Shown piece by piece: positions 21,197 through 30,741 of a DNA stretch of 64,000 bases. The notes under the pieces are model-generated. The model searched no databases and was not told where the DNA came from. It saw nothing but the letters and a program-made list of their open reading frames with translations. Source of the DNA: an uncultured Gemmatimonadales bacterium (lineage in GTDB: Bacteria; Gemmatimonadota; Gemmatimonadetes; Gemmatimonadales; Gemmatimonadaceae); the NCBI GenBank assembly GCA_963707505.1, contig CAVPQB010000003.1:256001-320000 (forward strand), given 5' to 3'. The translations under genes were made by a program, and so were the position numbers. Positions within the stretch are counted from its first letter, which is position 1; every line of letters begins with the position of its first letter.

Positions 21197-22302
21197 TGCT
21201 ACCGAATCGTGTCCTCGTCGCGATGTCGGGCGGCGTGGACTCCTCCGTCGCCGCCGCGCTGCTGGTGGAGCGCGGCTATGATGTCGTCGGTGTCACCATG
21301 AAGCTGTTTTCGGACGGGTCGGAGGTCCCCGATCGTCCGTGCTGCTCGCTCGATTCCGTCAACGATGCTCGGCGTGTTTGCGAGCGGCTTGGAATTCCGC
21401 ACTACGTGCTGAACATGGAGAGCCGCTTCGGCCACGATGTGATGGATGACTTCGTCGCGGAGTACGTCGCGGGCCGCACTCCGATTCCATGCGTGCGCTG
21501 CAACACGTTCACGAAGTTCCGCGATCTGCTGCACACCGCTGACAGCATCGACGCTCAGTGGATAGCGACCGGACATTACGCACGCGTACGTGATGGTGAG
21601 CTGCTGCGCGGTAGCGATGACGCGAAGGATCAGACGTACTTCCTCTGGGGGATCGATCGCGCGGTGATCTCGCGCATGATTCTTCCCGTCGGCGACATGA
21701 CGAAGAGTGAGACACGTGCTATCGCGACGCGGCTCGGCCTGACGATGGTCGCCAACAAGGCCGACAGCCAGGAGATCTGTTTCGTCCCCGATGGTGATTA
21801 CGTGAAGGTGATCGCGCAACGCGCTGGCGCCGATTCGCCAGCGTTGCAGCGCGGACCGATCGTGCACAGCGACGGCCGCGTGCTCGGCGAGCATGATGGG
21901 TACGCGCGGTTCACAGTCGGGCAGCGACGCGGCCTACCGGGCGGGTTTGCGGATCCGCTGTTCGTCGTGGCGATACGGCCGGAGGACCGCGCGGTGATAG
22001 TCGGGCCGCGCGACGAACTGCTTGGCACACGCGTGGCGGCTACTGAAGTGAACTGGCTTGTAGAGACGCCACCCCTTCCGGGCGATGCGGTGCAGGTACG
22101 CATCCGTCATCGCTCACCGCTCGCACACGGTGTGATACTGCGCGCGGAAGATGGCGAAGTCGAGATTGCTCTCGATGAAGCTGTCGTCGCGATATCGCCC
22201 GGACAGTCGCTGGTGATCTACAGCGATGACCGACTGCTGGGCGGCGGATTCATCGCTTCGCCGCGCCGCGCGCGGACGGAACTGCCACTGCTGGTGGGAT
22301 AG
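21196..22302 (+). CDS. mnmA: tRNA 2-thiouridine(34) synthase
   Basis: AMSGGVDSS, TP.PC..CN, ATGHYA, KDQTYFL, DSQEICF, TVGQRRGL, PGQ. TGATG overlap with iscS. Confidence 0.96.
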   Translation: MLPNRVLVAMSGGVDSSVAAALLVERGYDVVGVTMKLFSDGSEVPDRPCCSLDSVNDARRVCERLGIPHYVLNMESRFGHDVMDDFVAEYVAGRTPIPCVRCNTFTKFRDLLHTADSIDAQWIATGHYARVRDGELLRGSDDAKDQTYFLWGIDRAVISRMILPVGDMTKSETRAIATRLGLTMVANKADSQEICFVPDGDYVKVIAQRAGADSPALQRGPIVHSDGRVLGEHDGYARFTVGQRRGLPGGFADPLFVVAIRPEDRAVIVGPRDELLGTRVAATEVNWLVETPPLPGDAVQVRIRHRSPLAHGVILRAEDGEVEIALDEAVVAISPGQSLVIYSDDRLLGGGFIASPRRARTELPLLVG

Positions 22303-22363
22303 GGGGGCAGGCGCGCGATATATCCGCGCCCTACGCATGACCACCAATTCGGCGCGTGGTCAG

Positions 22364-23512
22364 TTAGTATTTCAACCCGCCCGCCTCCGCGAACTCGCGC
22401 ATCATCTTTTCCTGCTCTTCCGTCAGATTCTCTGGCGCGGCGATCGTTACCTCGACTATCAGATCGCCTTTCTCATTGCCTTTCTGCACGCCCTGGCCGC
22501 GCACGCGAAACCGCTTGCCGCTCGGCGTGCCAGACGGAATCTTGATCGCGACCTTTCTGTCGTCGATCGTGCGCACACTGATGCGCGACCCGAGCGTCGC
22601 CTGCGCGATGTTGAGCGGAACGGACGCAATGAGGTCGAGTCCTTCGCGCTTGAAGAAACGGTCCGGCTGCACGACGAATTCGACGATGAGATCTCCGGCT
22701 GGGCCGCCATTTGCGCCGCGCCCACCCTGCCCCTTGAGCCGCACCTTGGTGCCGCTGTCGGAACCAGGAGGTACGGTGATCATCACCTTCTTTCGAGTGC
22801 GAACCTCACCGCTTCCATTGCACGTCGGACACGGCTGCGACGGCACCTGTCCGCGACCGAGACAGACAGGACACGGTCGATTCACCGCGAAGCCGCCCTG
22901 GCCGAACGAAACGGTGCCGCGGCCGGAGCACTCGGGACAGATTCGCATCGATGCGCCGGGCGCAGCACCACTGCCGTGGCACGTCGGACATTCTTCGGTA
23001 ACCTCGAGCGTCACCGGAATCTTGCCACCCTTTACCGCGGTGCGGAACGGCACTTCGACCTGCGTCTCGACACTCTGCCCGCGCTCGGGTGCGCGGCCGC
23101 GACCACCGGCGCCGGCCGGTCCTCGTCCCGACTGATTGAAGATCGAGCTGAACAAATCACCCAGCCCGCCCAGTCCGCCGATGTCGACGTTGCTGAAGTC
23201 GAATCCGGCCGCGCCGGACCCGGCCCCTGGGCGGCCGGCCGAAAAGCCCCCGGGAGACCCGCCCCGGGCGCCGCTGAAGCCTTCGAACGCGCCGAGCCGG
23301 CGCATCTCGTCGTATTGCTTCCGCTTCTCGACGTCACCGAGGACGTTGTTCGCCTCGGAGATCTCCTTGAAGCGCTCCGCAGCTTTCGGGTCGTTCGCGT
23401 TTGCGTCGGGATGGTACTGCTTGGCGAGCTTGCGATAGGTCTTCTTGATCTCGTCCTGAGAGGCGCTGGACGAGACGCCAAGCACACCGTAGAAATCCTT
23501 CGTCTGGGCCAC
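22364..23512 (-). CDS. dnaJ: Molecular chaperone DnaJ
   Basis: J-domain HPD, G/F-rich region, four CxxCxGxG motifs. Confidence 0.96.
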   Translation of the reverse strand: MAQTKDFYGVLGVSSSASQDEIKKTYRKLAKQYHPDANANDPKAAERFKEISEANNVLGDVEKRKQYDEMRRLGAFEGFSGARGGSPGGFSAGRPGAGSGAAGFDFSNVDIGGLGGLGDLFSSIFNQSGRGPAGAGGRGRAPERGQSVETQVEVPFRTAVKGGKIPVTLEVTEECPTCHGSGAAPGASMRICPECSGRGTVSFGQGGFAVNRPCPVCLGRGQVPSQPCPTCNGSGEVRTRKKVMITVPPGSDSGTKVRLKGQGGRGANGGPAGDLIVEFVVQPDRFFKREGLDLIASVPLNIAQATLGSRISVRTIDDRKVAIKIPSGTPSGKRFRVRGQGVQKGNEKGDLIVEVTIAAPENLTEEQEKMMREFAEAGGLKY

Positions 23513-23516
23513 GTGC

Positions 23517-24074
23517 TTACTGGTACTGCTTGACGACTACGCGCGCCGGCCGGATCAGCTGGCCATTGAGCATGTAGCCGCGCTGATAAACCTGCGCGAC
23601 CATGTGATCTTCGTCCGGCGTGTCGGCGGCCTGCGTCGACACTGCCTCGTGCAGATTGGGATCGAACGGCAGCTCCACCGGATCGATCACCTCGACGCCC
23701 ACACTGGTGAGCGCCTTGAGCATGTTACGCTCGACCATCTCCACACCGGTGACCAGCGTCGCGCAGTCAGTCACAGCGGGGTCAACGTGCGCAAAGCGCG
23801 ACAGATCATCCAGCGAGTCGAGCAACATCTTGATGAGATCGGCCTGCCCCCGCGCACGCGCCTGCTGTGCTTCCTTCGCCGTGCGCTTGCGGTAGTTGTC
23901 ATACTCGGCGGCAAGACGCAGGTAGCGGTCGCGCTGAGCCTCGAGCGCGCCGATCTCTTCGACGTCGCCGCGCGGCCGCGCATCGGCCTGTTCAGTCGAC
24001 GCTGAAGGTTGCTGGCTGGCATCTTCTGACGGGAAATTGCCGGACTCGTTTTCAGACGGATTTTCGTTTTGCAT
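23517..24074 (-). CDS. grpE: Nucleotide exchange factor GrpE
   Basis: RLAAEYDNYRKR, FDPNLHEAV, QRGY.LNG.LIRPARV. Confidence 0.96.
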   Translation of the reverse strand: MQNENPSENESGNFPSEDASQQPSASTEQADARPRGDVEEIGALEAQRDRYLRLAAEYDNYRKRTAKEAQQARARGQADLIKMLLDSLDDLSRFAHVDPAVTDCATLVTGVEMVERNMLKALTSVGVEVIDPVELPFDPNLHEAVSTQAADTPDEDHMVAQVYQRGYMLNGQLIRPARVVVKQYQ

Positions 24075-24075
24075 T

Positions 24076-25392
24076 TCAGATTGCTGACGTTTTGGGCAGA
24101 TCCCGAACTGTACGGCGTATCATATCGAGTGCCGCCTGCGCGGCCCGGTAGCGAATCTCGTCGCGATTTCCAATAAAGTGGAAAACTCGTGCCTTGGCGT
24201 ACGGAGTGATAGGGGGCTCGCCATCCGGACGTGGAATCGGCGGCCTCCCCTCTGAGACATCGACAGCTATCCAAACGGTTCCTACTGGTTTTTCAGGAGT
24301 TCCGCCTCCGGGCCCCGCGATTCCCGTGATTGATACCCCGATCTCGGTTCCAAGTCGCACCCGGATTCCCTTGGCCATCTGCAACGCAACGGGCTCGCTC
24401 ACGGCCCCCTGCTCCGCCAGATCGGAATCCAGGACACCGAGGAGCTGCCGCTTGACACGATTGTCGTATGCGATGAGACCGCCGTGGAATACGTCGCTCG
24501 CGCCTGGCACATCGGTGATGTGCGCACCGAGCATTCCACCCGTGCAGCTTTCGGCGACCGCGATGCGCATGTTCGAATCGCGGCAGATGTCGATCACGGC
24601 CGATGCGAGACTCGCGCTGCCATCCCCGTAAATCACGTCGCCGAGTCTGTCGCGGAGGATACGAGCGCCTTCTGTGAGTGCCGCGTCGGCATCCACGGAT
24701 GAGCGGCCCTTCGATGTGAGACGCAGATCGACACCGGCAATTCCCGGAAGAAAGGCGAGCGACAATCCGTTGACGCCCTTTCCAATCTCGCCGAGCTTGT
24801 CCGCGATCGACGATTCGCCGACGCCGATCGTGCGCAACGTCATCGATCTTATGACGGTACCGTCGCCGGCAAGCTCCGCGATGCGCGGACGCAGCGATTC
24901 CATGAACATCGTGCGCGCTTCACGTGGCACGCCCGGCAGTGTCGCGACCCAACGTCCGCGCTCATCGGTAACCAGCACGCCCGGCGCGGAGCCGACGGGG
25001 TTCGCAACGATCTCGGCGCCGCGTGGGATCATCGCCTGCTTGTAGTTGCTCACTGGCATCGGTCCCTTGCGCGCGTACGTGATCCAGCGCTGCTCGAGCC
25101 ATTGTGCAATCGAGTCGTCGCGCACCAGCTCGCGATCGAACAGCTTCGCAACGGCTTCGACCGTCATGTCGTCGGCGGTCGGGCCAAGGCCGCCTGTAGT
25201 GATAACTGCTCCCGTGCGGTCCATTGCTTCGTGGAGCGTCTCGACAATGATGCCGATGTCATCGCCACACGTGGTGTGACGCGCGACGGTTACTCCGAGA
25301 TTCGCAAGCTCGCGGCCGAGGAAGCCGCTGTTCGTATCGATGGTAAAGCCAAGCAGGAGCTCATCACCGATTGTTACGATTTCGACGTTCAA
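24076..25392 (-). CDS. cinA: Competence/damage-inducible protein CinA (MoCF-like + PncC)
   Basis: IGDELLLG...DTN, TGGLGPT.DD, LPGVPRE, AESCTGG, GAVS, SITGIAGPGG..KPVG. Confidence 0.93.
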   Translation of the reverse strand: MNVEIVTIGDELLLGFTIDTNSGFLGRELANLGVTVARHTTCGDDIGIIVETLHEAMDRTGAVITTGGLGPTADDMTVEAVAKLFDRELVRDDSIAQWLEQRWITYARKGPMPVSNYKQAMIPRGAEIVANPVGSAPGVLVTDERGRWVATLPGVPREARTMFMESLRPRIAELAGDGTVIRSMTLRTIGVGESSIADKLGEIGKGVNGLSLAFLPGIAGVDLRLTSKGRSSVDADAALTEGARILRDRLGDVIYGDGSASLASAVIDICRDSNMRIAVAESCTGGMLGAHITDVPGASDVFHGGLIAYDNRVKRQLLGVLDSDLAEQGAVSEPVALQMAKGIRVRLGTEIGVSITGIAGPGGGTPEKPVGTVWIAVDVSEGRPPIPRPDGEPPITPYAKARVFHFIGNRDEIRYRAAQAALDMIRRTVRDLPKTSAI

Positions 25393-25452
25393 TTGCAGGA
25401 CCGGTCAATCGTAAGGTGTGTCGCGCGATCGGTATACGGCGCGGCGTACTCG

Positions 25453-26133
25453 TCAGCGTGTCTGGCCCGCGAAGACGCGCGCGTACTGCCGCACGTAGAG
25501 CCACAATGAGTACAATGTAAGCACTACGGCGGTGACCATGGCGAGTGCGCCGACGGTTCCGTTGAACTCGGCGAACGCATGCCACGCTGTGGAATCCCAG
25601 CCGCGTTCGTTCGCGATGGTCAGGGCGCCGAACCAGAAGAATGCGCTGCCCACCCAGAGCGACTGGAACGCGGTCTTCCACTTGGCAGGGCCGATCGCGG
25701 AGATCACGTGCCCGCGGCGGGCGGCGGCCTGACGGAAGAGCATCATGAAGACCTCGCGGCTCACGATGATGAGCACAACCCACCACGGCAGGGGAACGGA
25801 GCCGACCGGCGTCATGAACGCGAAGTGCGACGCCTCGCCGCTCCGGTCGAGCAACGGCGCCATCCAGTTGGCGCGTCCCGCCATCAGGATGCTCATTGGA
25901 ATGAGCGTCGCGAACAGGAGCAGCTTGTCGGCCAGCGGGTCGAGCAGACGGCCGGTGTCGGTCACGCTGTTCCGCGTCCGGGCGAGATGGCCGTCCACGT
26001 AGTCGGTTACTGCCGCGATGACGTAGAGAACGAACGCCGAGTACCGGATCGTGGACGATGGAAAGAACGGGAGCACCCCTATGAAAGGAGCCGCCGCGAT
26101 TCGTCCCACGGTTATGGCATTCGGAAGATTCAT
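25453..26133 (-). CDS. pgsA: CDP-alcohol phosphatidyltransferase (PgsA-like)
   Basis: MNLPNAIT..R, TDYVDGHLAR...G.LLDPLADK. Confidence 0.88.
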   Translation of the reverse strand: MNLPNAITVGRIAAAPFIGVLPFFPSSTIRYSAFVLYVIAAVTDYVDGHLARTRNSVTDTGRLLDPLADKLLLFATLIPMSILMAGRANWMAPLLDRSGEASHFAFMTPVGSVPLPWWVVLIIVSREVFMMLFRQAAARRGHVISAIGPAKWKTAFQSLWVGSAFFWFGALTIANERGWDSTAWHAFAEFNGTVGALAMVTAVVLTLYSLWLYVRQYARVFAGQTR

Positions 26134-26138
26134 TTCCC

Positions 26139-26816
26139 TTACGCTAGCGACTTCAGCACCATTTTGCTAACTGCCTTGAGTGTATCAAACACTCCGTCGC
26201 CCTGAACCGCAACCGCCTCGAAATAGGGAGCCCGCCCGACCCATTCTCCGGTGGAGATCTGCTCGGTGAGATTTTCGTTGGCGTGATAGGGATCGGGGGT
26301 GAGAATCTGGCGGCTGGAGTCGTCGACTTCCCAGCCGGGATTCAGGTTTTCCTGGAGCTGTTGCAGCGGCGCGGCGTTCGACAGATCACGTTTGTTGTAC
26401 TGAATGACGAACGGCATCTTGGTGAGATCGTAGCCGTATTCCGCCATGTTGTCGTACAGATTCTGCATCGACTCGAGATTGGCTTCGGTGCGATCCAGCT
26501 GCGAGTCGGCGACGAAGACGACTCCGTCGACGTTCTTGAGGATCAGCTTGCGGCTCGCATTGTAGTAAACCTGTCCGGGCACCGTGTACAGATGGAACCG
26601 CGTCTTGAATCCGCGGATGGTGCCGAGGTCTACCGGCAGGAAGTCGAAGAAGAGAGTGCGCTCGGTTTCGGTCGCGAGCGAGATGAGCTTGCCGCGAGTA
26701 TCAGGCTTGACCTTGCCGTAGATGAACTCGAGGTTGGTCGTCTTGCCGCCCAGTCCGGGACCGTAGTACACGATCTTGCAGTTGATCTCGCGGGACGCGT
26801 AGTTGATCATCGACAT
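26139..26816 (-). CDS. mglA: MglA small Ras-like GTPase
   Basis: [48 protein letters not shown]. Confidence 0.95.
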   Translation of the reverse strand: MSMINYASREINCKIVYYGPGLGGKTTNLEFIYGKVKPDTRGKLISLATETERTLFFDFLPVDLGTIRGFKTRFHLYTVPGQVYYNASRKLILKNVDGVVFVADSQLDRTEANLESMQNLYDNMAEYGYDLTKMPFVIQYNKRDLSNAAPLQQLQENLNPGWEVDDSSRQILTPDPYHANENLTEQISTGEWVGRAPYFEAVAVQGDGVFDTLKAVSKMVLKSLA

Positions 26817-26822
26817 CGCGCG

Positions 26823-27335
26823 CTACCAGTTGAAGAGCTCGTCGATTTCCGCATCTGCCCCATGTAGCAGATTCGGACGAGACGGCTTTTCTTCGCGCGA
26901 GCGCGAGAAGATCGCGTCAATCACCACAGTCAATTCCTGAACGGCCTGTTTCATTCGTAGTCGTACGAGCCCCAGGGTTGTACGGTTATCGAAGAGGACC
27001 ACGAGGATGAGCCGGCGCGCAACATCCGCGAGGTAGATGGATTCCTTCTCGCCCTGATGAAACAAGGTGCTGAAGTCGCTCTCTCCAACAAGTTTCGCTA
27101 GCTGATCGTTGGCGCTGAAATCGGCAGCTGTGAGGGTCGCGAAAGTCGTCGGGTCGAAGGTCGGCTGCTCGCCGACGGTCGCCACGAGCTGGCCGGACCG
27201 ATCGACCAGCAGCGCGGAGCGCGAGTTGGTATCGGCCAGGAATCGCTGGAGCGAGTGGGTAATGGCGACGGAATCATCTTCCGTGAACGACCACGTGCCC
27301 GACCCGCCTGACTTCGCGCTACCACCTGCCATCAT
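26823..27335 (-). CDS. mglB: MglB roadblock/LC7 GAP
   Basis: LVDRSGQ, LAKLVGE..F..LFHQGE, VLFD.RTTLGLVRL; directly upstream of mglA. Confidence 0.92.
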   Translation of the reverse strand: MMAGGSAKSGGSGTWSFTEDDSVAITHSLQRFLADTNSRSALLVDRSGQLVATVGEQPTFDPTTFATLTAADFSANDQLAKLVGESDFSTLFHQGEKESIYLADVARRLILVVLFDNRTTLGLVRLRMKQAVQELTVVIDAIFSRSREEKPSRPNLLHGADAEIDELFNW

Positions 27336-27346
27336 TCTATCTCCAT

Positions 27347-27616
27347 CTAGGCCAGAGCCCTTTCAACGTGCTTGAGTAGCCGCACCGCCCGTCCTCGAAG
27401 CATCGGACGGGGCTCCCAGGCGATGTACTCGCGCAGAAGGTGGGCTGTGGCAACGGTCGGTTGCCCGGACAGGTGCCCGAGAGCAGCGAGCCGCCTCACA
27501 GGATGACGACTGAACAGGTCTCTTCGGTACGCGTGCTGTGCACCGGACCAGGTCGCGAGACCTGTCACAAGGCCGCCGAGCAGGCCGGCGACGAACCAAT
27601 CACGATTCTTACTCAT
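27347..27616 (-). CDS. Small hypothetical membrane-anchored protein
   Basis: 89 aa with an N-terminal TM and a HEAT-like helical segment; tight spacing between recR and mglB. Confidence 0.7.
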   Translation of the reverse strand: MSKNRDWFVAGLLGGLVTGLATWSGAQHAYRRDLFSRHPVRRLAALGHLSGQPTVATAHLLREYIAWEPRPMLRGRAVRLLKHVERALA

Positions 27617-27625
27617 TTGACACCG

Positions 27626-28218
27626 TCATTGCATGACTCTCCGTGCCGACAGAGCCTGGGCTATGGTCACCCCGTCAGCGTACTCCAGATCGCCACCGAC
27701 CGGGAGCCCGCGGGCAATCCGTGAAACGGTCAGCGGGTAGCCAGCGAGCCGTCGCTGAAGGTATAGCGCGGTCGCCTCTCCCTCGATGCTGGGATTGGTC
27801 GCAATTATCAGCTTCGCGCACTCCACCGGCAGCCACGCGCGCCTCCAGGTCACCGACAGCCAGGTCCTCGGGACCGATGCCGTCAAGCGGAGAGAGCCGG
27901 CCACCCAGGACGTGGTAGGTGCCGCGAAACTCGCCCGACCGCTCGATCGCACCGATATCCGACGCCTCCTCCACTGCGCAGACGAGCGCCGGATCTCGCG
28001 CGCGTATCGAGGCAGATCGAGCAGAGCTCGTTCTCGGTGAGGTTATGGCAGCGGGCGCACGGATGTACGCGCTCCGAAATCGTTACCAGCGCGTCTGCGA
28101 GTCTGCGGGTCTGGCCGGCGGGCTGCTTGAGCAGGTGATACGTGAGCCGCATCGCCGTCTTGCGGCCAATTCCGGGCAACTTCGAGAGCTCGGTCGCGAG
28201 GTCTTCTATCGCTGACAC
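27626..28218 (-). CDS. recR: Recombination mediator RecR (two frameshifts)
   Basis: LPGIG.KTA.RL, C4 zinc finger, [44 protein letters not shown] spread over three frames. Extra bases near 28000 and 27812. Confidence 0.95.
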
Positions 28219-28536
28219 TCAGAACGGGAGCTTGAACGGTAGATCCAGGCCGCCGGTAAGCTTGCCCATCTCGGACTTGGCCAGTTCGGCAGCCTTTTTC
28301 TGCGCGTCGCGAACAGCGACCATCACGAGATCTTCGAGCATTTCCACGTCGGTGGGATTCACGACGCTCGGATCGATCTTCACTCGTGTGACCTGTCCCT
28401 TTCCGTCGGCAGTGACGGTCACCATGCCGCCGCCGGCAGTTGCAGAAACGGTCTGCTTCTCCAGCTCTTCCTGGATTTCCTGCAAGCGACTCTGCATCTG
28501 CTGCGCCTGCTGCATCATCTTCATGAAGTCAGCCAT
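28219..28536 (-). CDS. ybaB: YbaB/EbfC nucleoid-associated protein
   Basis: MMQQAQQMQ, AGGGMVTV, DVEMLEDLV. Confidence 0.95.
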   Translation of the reverse strand: MADFMKMMQQAQQMQSRLQEIQEELEKQTVSATAGGGMVTVTADGKGQVTRVKIDPSVVNPTDVEMLEDLVMVAVRDAQKKAAELAKSEMGKLTGGLDLPFKLPF

Positions 28537-28560
28537 ATAGGAATCTAAAGAGTTGTACTC

Positions 28561-30053
28561 TCAGTCGAGCAATTCGAGGTCGAGCGCGTCGATTGCCGCA
28601 CCCAGTACCGGATCTTTCGCGCGCAGCATGCTGAGCACGCTCCGACCTCAGCTGATCGTCACTGAGTCGCTGAGGCGGTTCGATCCTGCGCCGACGCCTC
28701 CATGGCCGAGCGCATTCGCGCAGCAGAGCCTCGTTGACTGGCGCCGACCGGCGGAGCGGCGTTGTAGGGAGCGCGTCGGCGCTTCAGCAGGGCGGATAGC
28801 CGGCTTGCTACTGGCCGCGGTGCCGCGCGAACCGAGTCCGGTGCTGGCTCAGGTGCGCGCAATCGTTGCGCGCCAATCTCGATTGAGCACCGACGCCACC
28901 CGGCGCGCCGCCAGGACCGATACCGCGCAGAACTTCTTCGAGCGACAACGTGTGATCGAGCAACGCGAAACGCACCAGCAGCAACTCGATCAACAATTGC
29001 TGCTGGCCGCTCTTCCGGAATCGCGGCTCGAGGTCGCTCAAGACGTTGAGCATGCGAAGCACATCGCCGGATGCCAGCCGGTCCGAATTGGCGCGCAGGC
29101 GGTCGGTTGCGGCTGCCGAAACGTCCGGAACGCTTCCGCCGAGCAGAACTGCGAGCTGCGCGCGCAGAACGTCGGCGAATCCGGAGAGAAAGATTCCGAA
29201 GTCAACACCCTCGTCAGCAAGGCGGCGTACAGCGGCAAATACATCTCCGGCGCGGCGCTCGAACGATGATGTCGAGAATATCGAGGAATTCGTCTTCCGG
29301 TACCAGGCCGAGCGCTTCGCGAACGCGCTTCCGCCGTCACGCTGCCTTCGCCGAGTGACATCACCTGATCGGTGAGCGAGAGCGCGTCGCGCATCGAGCC
29401 GTCGGCGGCGCGCGCGATCATCGATCAACGCTTCGGGCTCGCGCGGAATCTTCTCCTCGTCCGAGAATGTACTCGAGGCGGCGCGATGATGTCCGCTGCG
29501 TCCGATGCGCTTGAGATCGAAGCGCTGGAGCCGGCTGAGCACGGGCGCGGCCGTCTGCGCGATCTTCTGCGGCTCGGTCGTCGCGAAGACGAATATGACG
29601 CGCGGCGGCGGCTCCTCGAGAATCTTGAGCAGCGCGTTCCACGCTTCGCGCGTGAGCATGTGCGCTTCGTCGACGATGTAGACCTTGTAGCGATCGTCGC
29701 CGGACGGCGCGTACATCGCGCGCTCGCGCAGGTCGCGCGCATCGTCGACGCCGCGGTTGGATGCAGCGTCGATCTCGACGACATCGAGACTCGACGAGCC
29801 ACTCCAGATGCGCTGGCAGCTGGTGCACACGCCGCACGGCTCGCCGTCAGCGCTGCTTGTTCTCGCAGTTGAGCGCCATCGCGAGGACGCGAGCGAGCGT
29901 CGTCTTGCCCGTTCCGCGCGGACCGCAGAGGAGATATCCGTGCGCAACCCGATCGCGCGCGATTGCGCCTCTCAGCGTGTTCGACACGTGGCCTTGGACG
30001 GCCACGTCGGCGAACGAGCGCGGGCGGTATTTGCGGGCTAGTGCGAGGGCCAT
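28561..30053 (-). CDS. dnaX: DNA polymerase III gamma/tau (multiple frameshifts)
   Basis: MALALARKYRP, GPRGTGKTT, EIDAASNRGVDD, IVDEAHML, ALLKILEEPP, ATTE, SRLQRF, GSMRDALSL, and C-terminal KDPVLGAAIDALDLELLD, in several frames. Confidence 0.95.
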
Positions 30054-30121
30054 GCGTCTGGTTTGCGGGGCGACACCCGCCCTTCGGAAGGTCCCGCGAG
30101 CGAGGCGGGATGAAGGGGGGC

Positions 30122-30217
30122 TCCAGGGAATCGGGGCAACGCAAGACACCGCATGCCGCTGCTACCTTCGGGGTCCTGACGGGGTTAGTGGGCTCGCGCC
30201 CCCCGGAAATCCCTGGA
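30122..30217 (-). ncRNA. ffs: Signal recognition particle RNA (small, 4.5S type)
   Basis: Helix-8 signature GTCAGG-ACC-loop-GGT-AGCAGC, terminal stem TCCAGGGA/TCCCTGGA, a TATATT -10 at 30227-30232, and the usual position upstream of dnaX. Confidence 0.93.
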
Positions 30218-30306
30218 ATATTCCGAAATATAACCGTCGCAACCGCTCACAGGTTGCAAGTTGTGACCGGCCCGCGAGGCGGGCCGGCGCGTGCAGCAAA
30301 GGCTTC

Positions 30307-30543
30307 TCAGGGCTTCTTGATCTTGACCGTGGGAACCTTGATCGTGGCAGAATCCTTCTTCACCTCGACCTTCGGAACCGCGACCTTGGTGCTGTCGACG
30401 CCAGTTTCCACTACCGGCGTGTGCACCGTATCGGTGACGGTGCCTACGACCGGCTTCTGCACCTCGTACGCCCCTTCTCCGGTCTTCTTGCACCCAGTTG
30501 CGGCGAGAGCAAGTACAGCGGCGGCGAAAATCACCTTTCTCAT
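30307..30543 (-). CDS. Small lipoprotein, Val/Lys/Thr-rich
   Basis: GGAGG RBS; MRKVIFAAAVLALAATGC lipobox; 78 aa. Confidence 0.85.
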   Translation of the reverse strand: MRKVIFAAAVLALAATGCKKTGEGAYEVQKPVVGTVTDTVHTPVVETGVDSTKVAVPKVEVKKDSATIKVPTVKIKKP

Positions 30544-30586
30544 CAAAGCCTCCGTTACGTGTGTGTGGTGTTCGCTAGCCCAAATG

Positions 30587-30601
30587 GCAAAAAGGGCGCC
30601 G
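30587..30601 (-). promoter_or_regulatory. Putative sigma54 promoter of the lipoprotein gene
   Basis: CGGCGCCCTTTTTGC (GG-N10-GC), about 44 nt upstream of the ATG. Confidence 0.5.
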
Positions 30602-30638
30602 TTGGAGCGGGGGAGCAATCACATGGCGGAGATGGTGA

Positions 30639-30707
30639 GGTCACAGCGGGGGTCACCGGCATGGGTCACGCGCATGGCCACGGGCATGGGTCACAGGCGG
30701 AGCTCAC
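30639..30707. repeat. Six GGTCAC-like units with 12-13 nt period
   Basis: GGTCAC/GGCCAC/GCTCAC at 30639, 30651, 30664, 30676, 30689 and 30702, in intergenic DNA. Confidence 0.8.
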
Positions 30708-30741
30708 CCGCGCCGCGCCCCACTGATCGTGGTCCCAATTT

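Noticed and set aside
22364..25392. CIRCE element for grpE-dnaJ
   Set aside because: No TTAGCACTC-N9-GAGTGCTAA seen; grpE directly follows cinA.
28561..30053. Programmed gamma/tau frameshift in dnaX
   Set aside because: There are many breaks inside the conserved ATPase core and no A-rich slippery site; error is more likely.
30160..30180. SRP helix 8 loop reads CCGAA instead of a GNRA tetraloop
   Set aside because: It lies in a C-run next to an error-rich region, so it cannot be called a real variant.
28553..30726. Long plus-strand ORFs across dnaX and ffs
   Set aside because: High-GC shadow ORFs with no motifs, lying over dnaX, SRP RNA and the lipoprotein gene.
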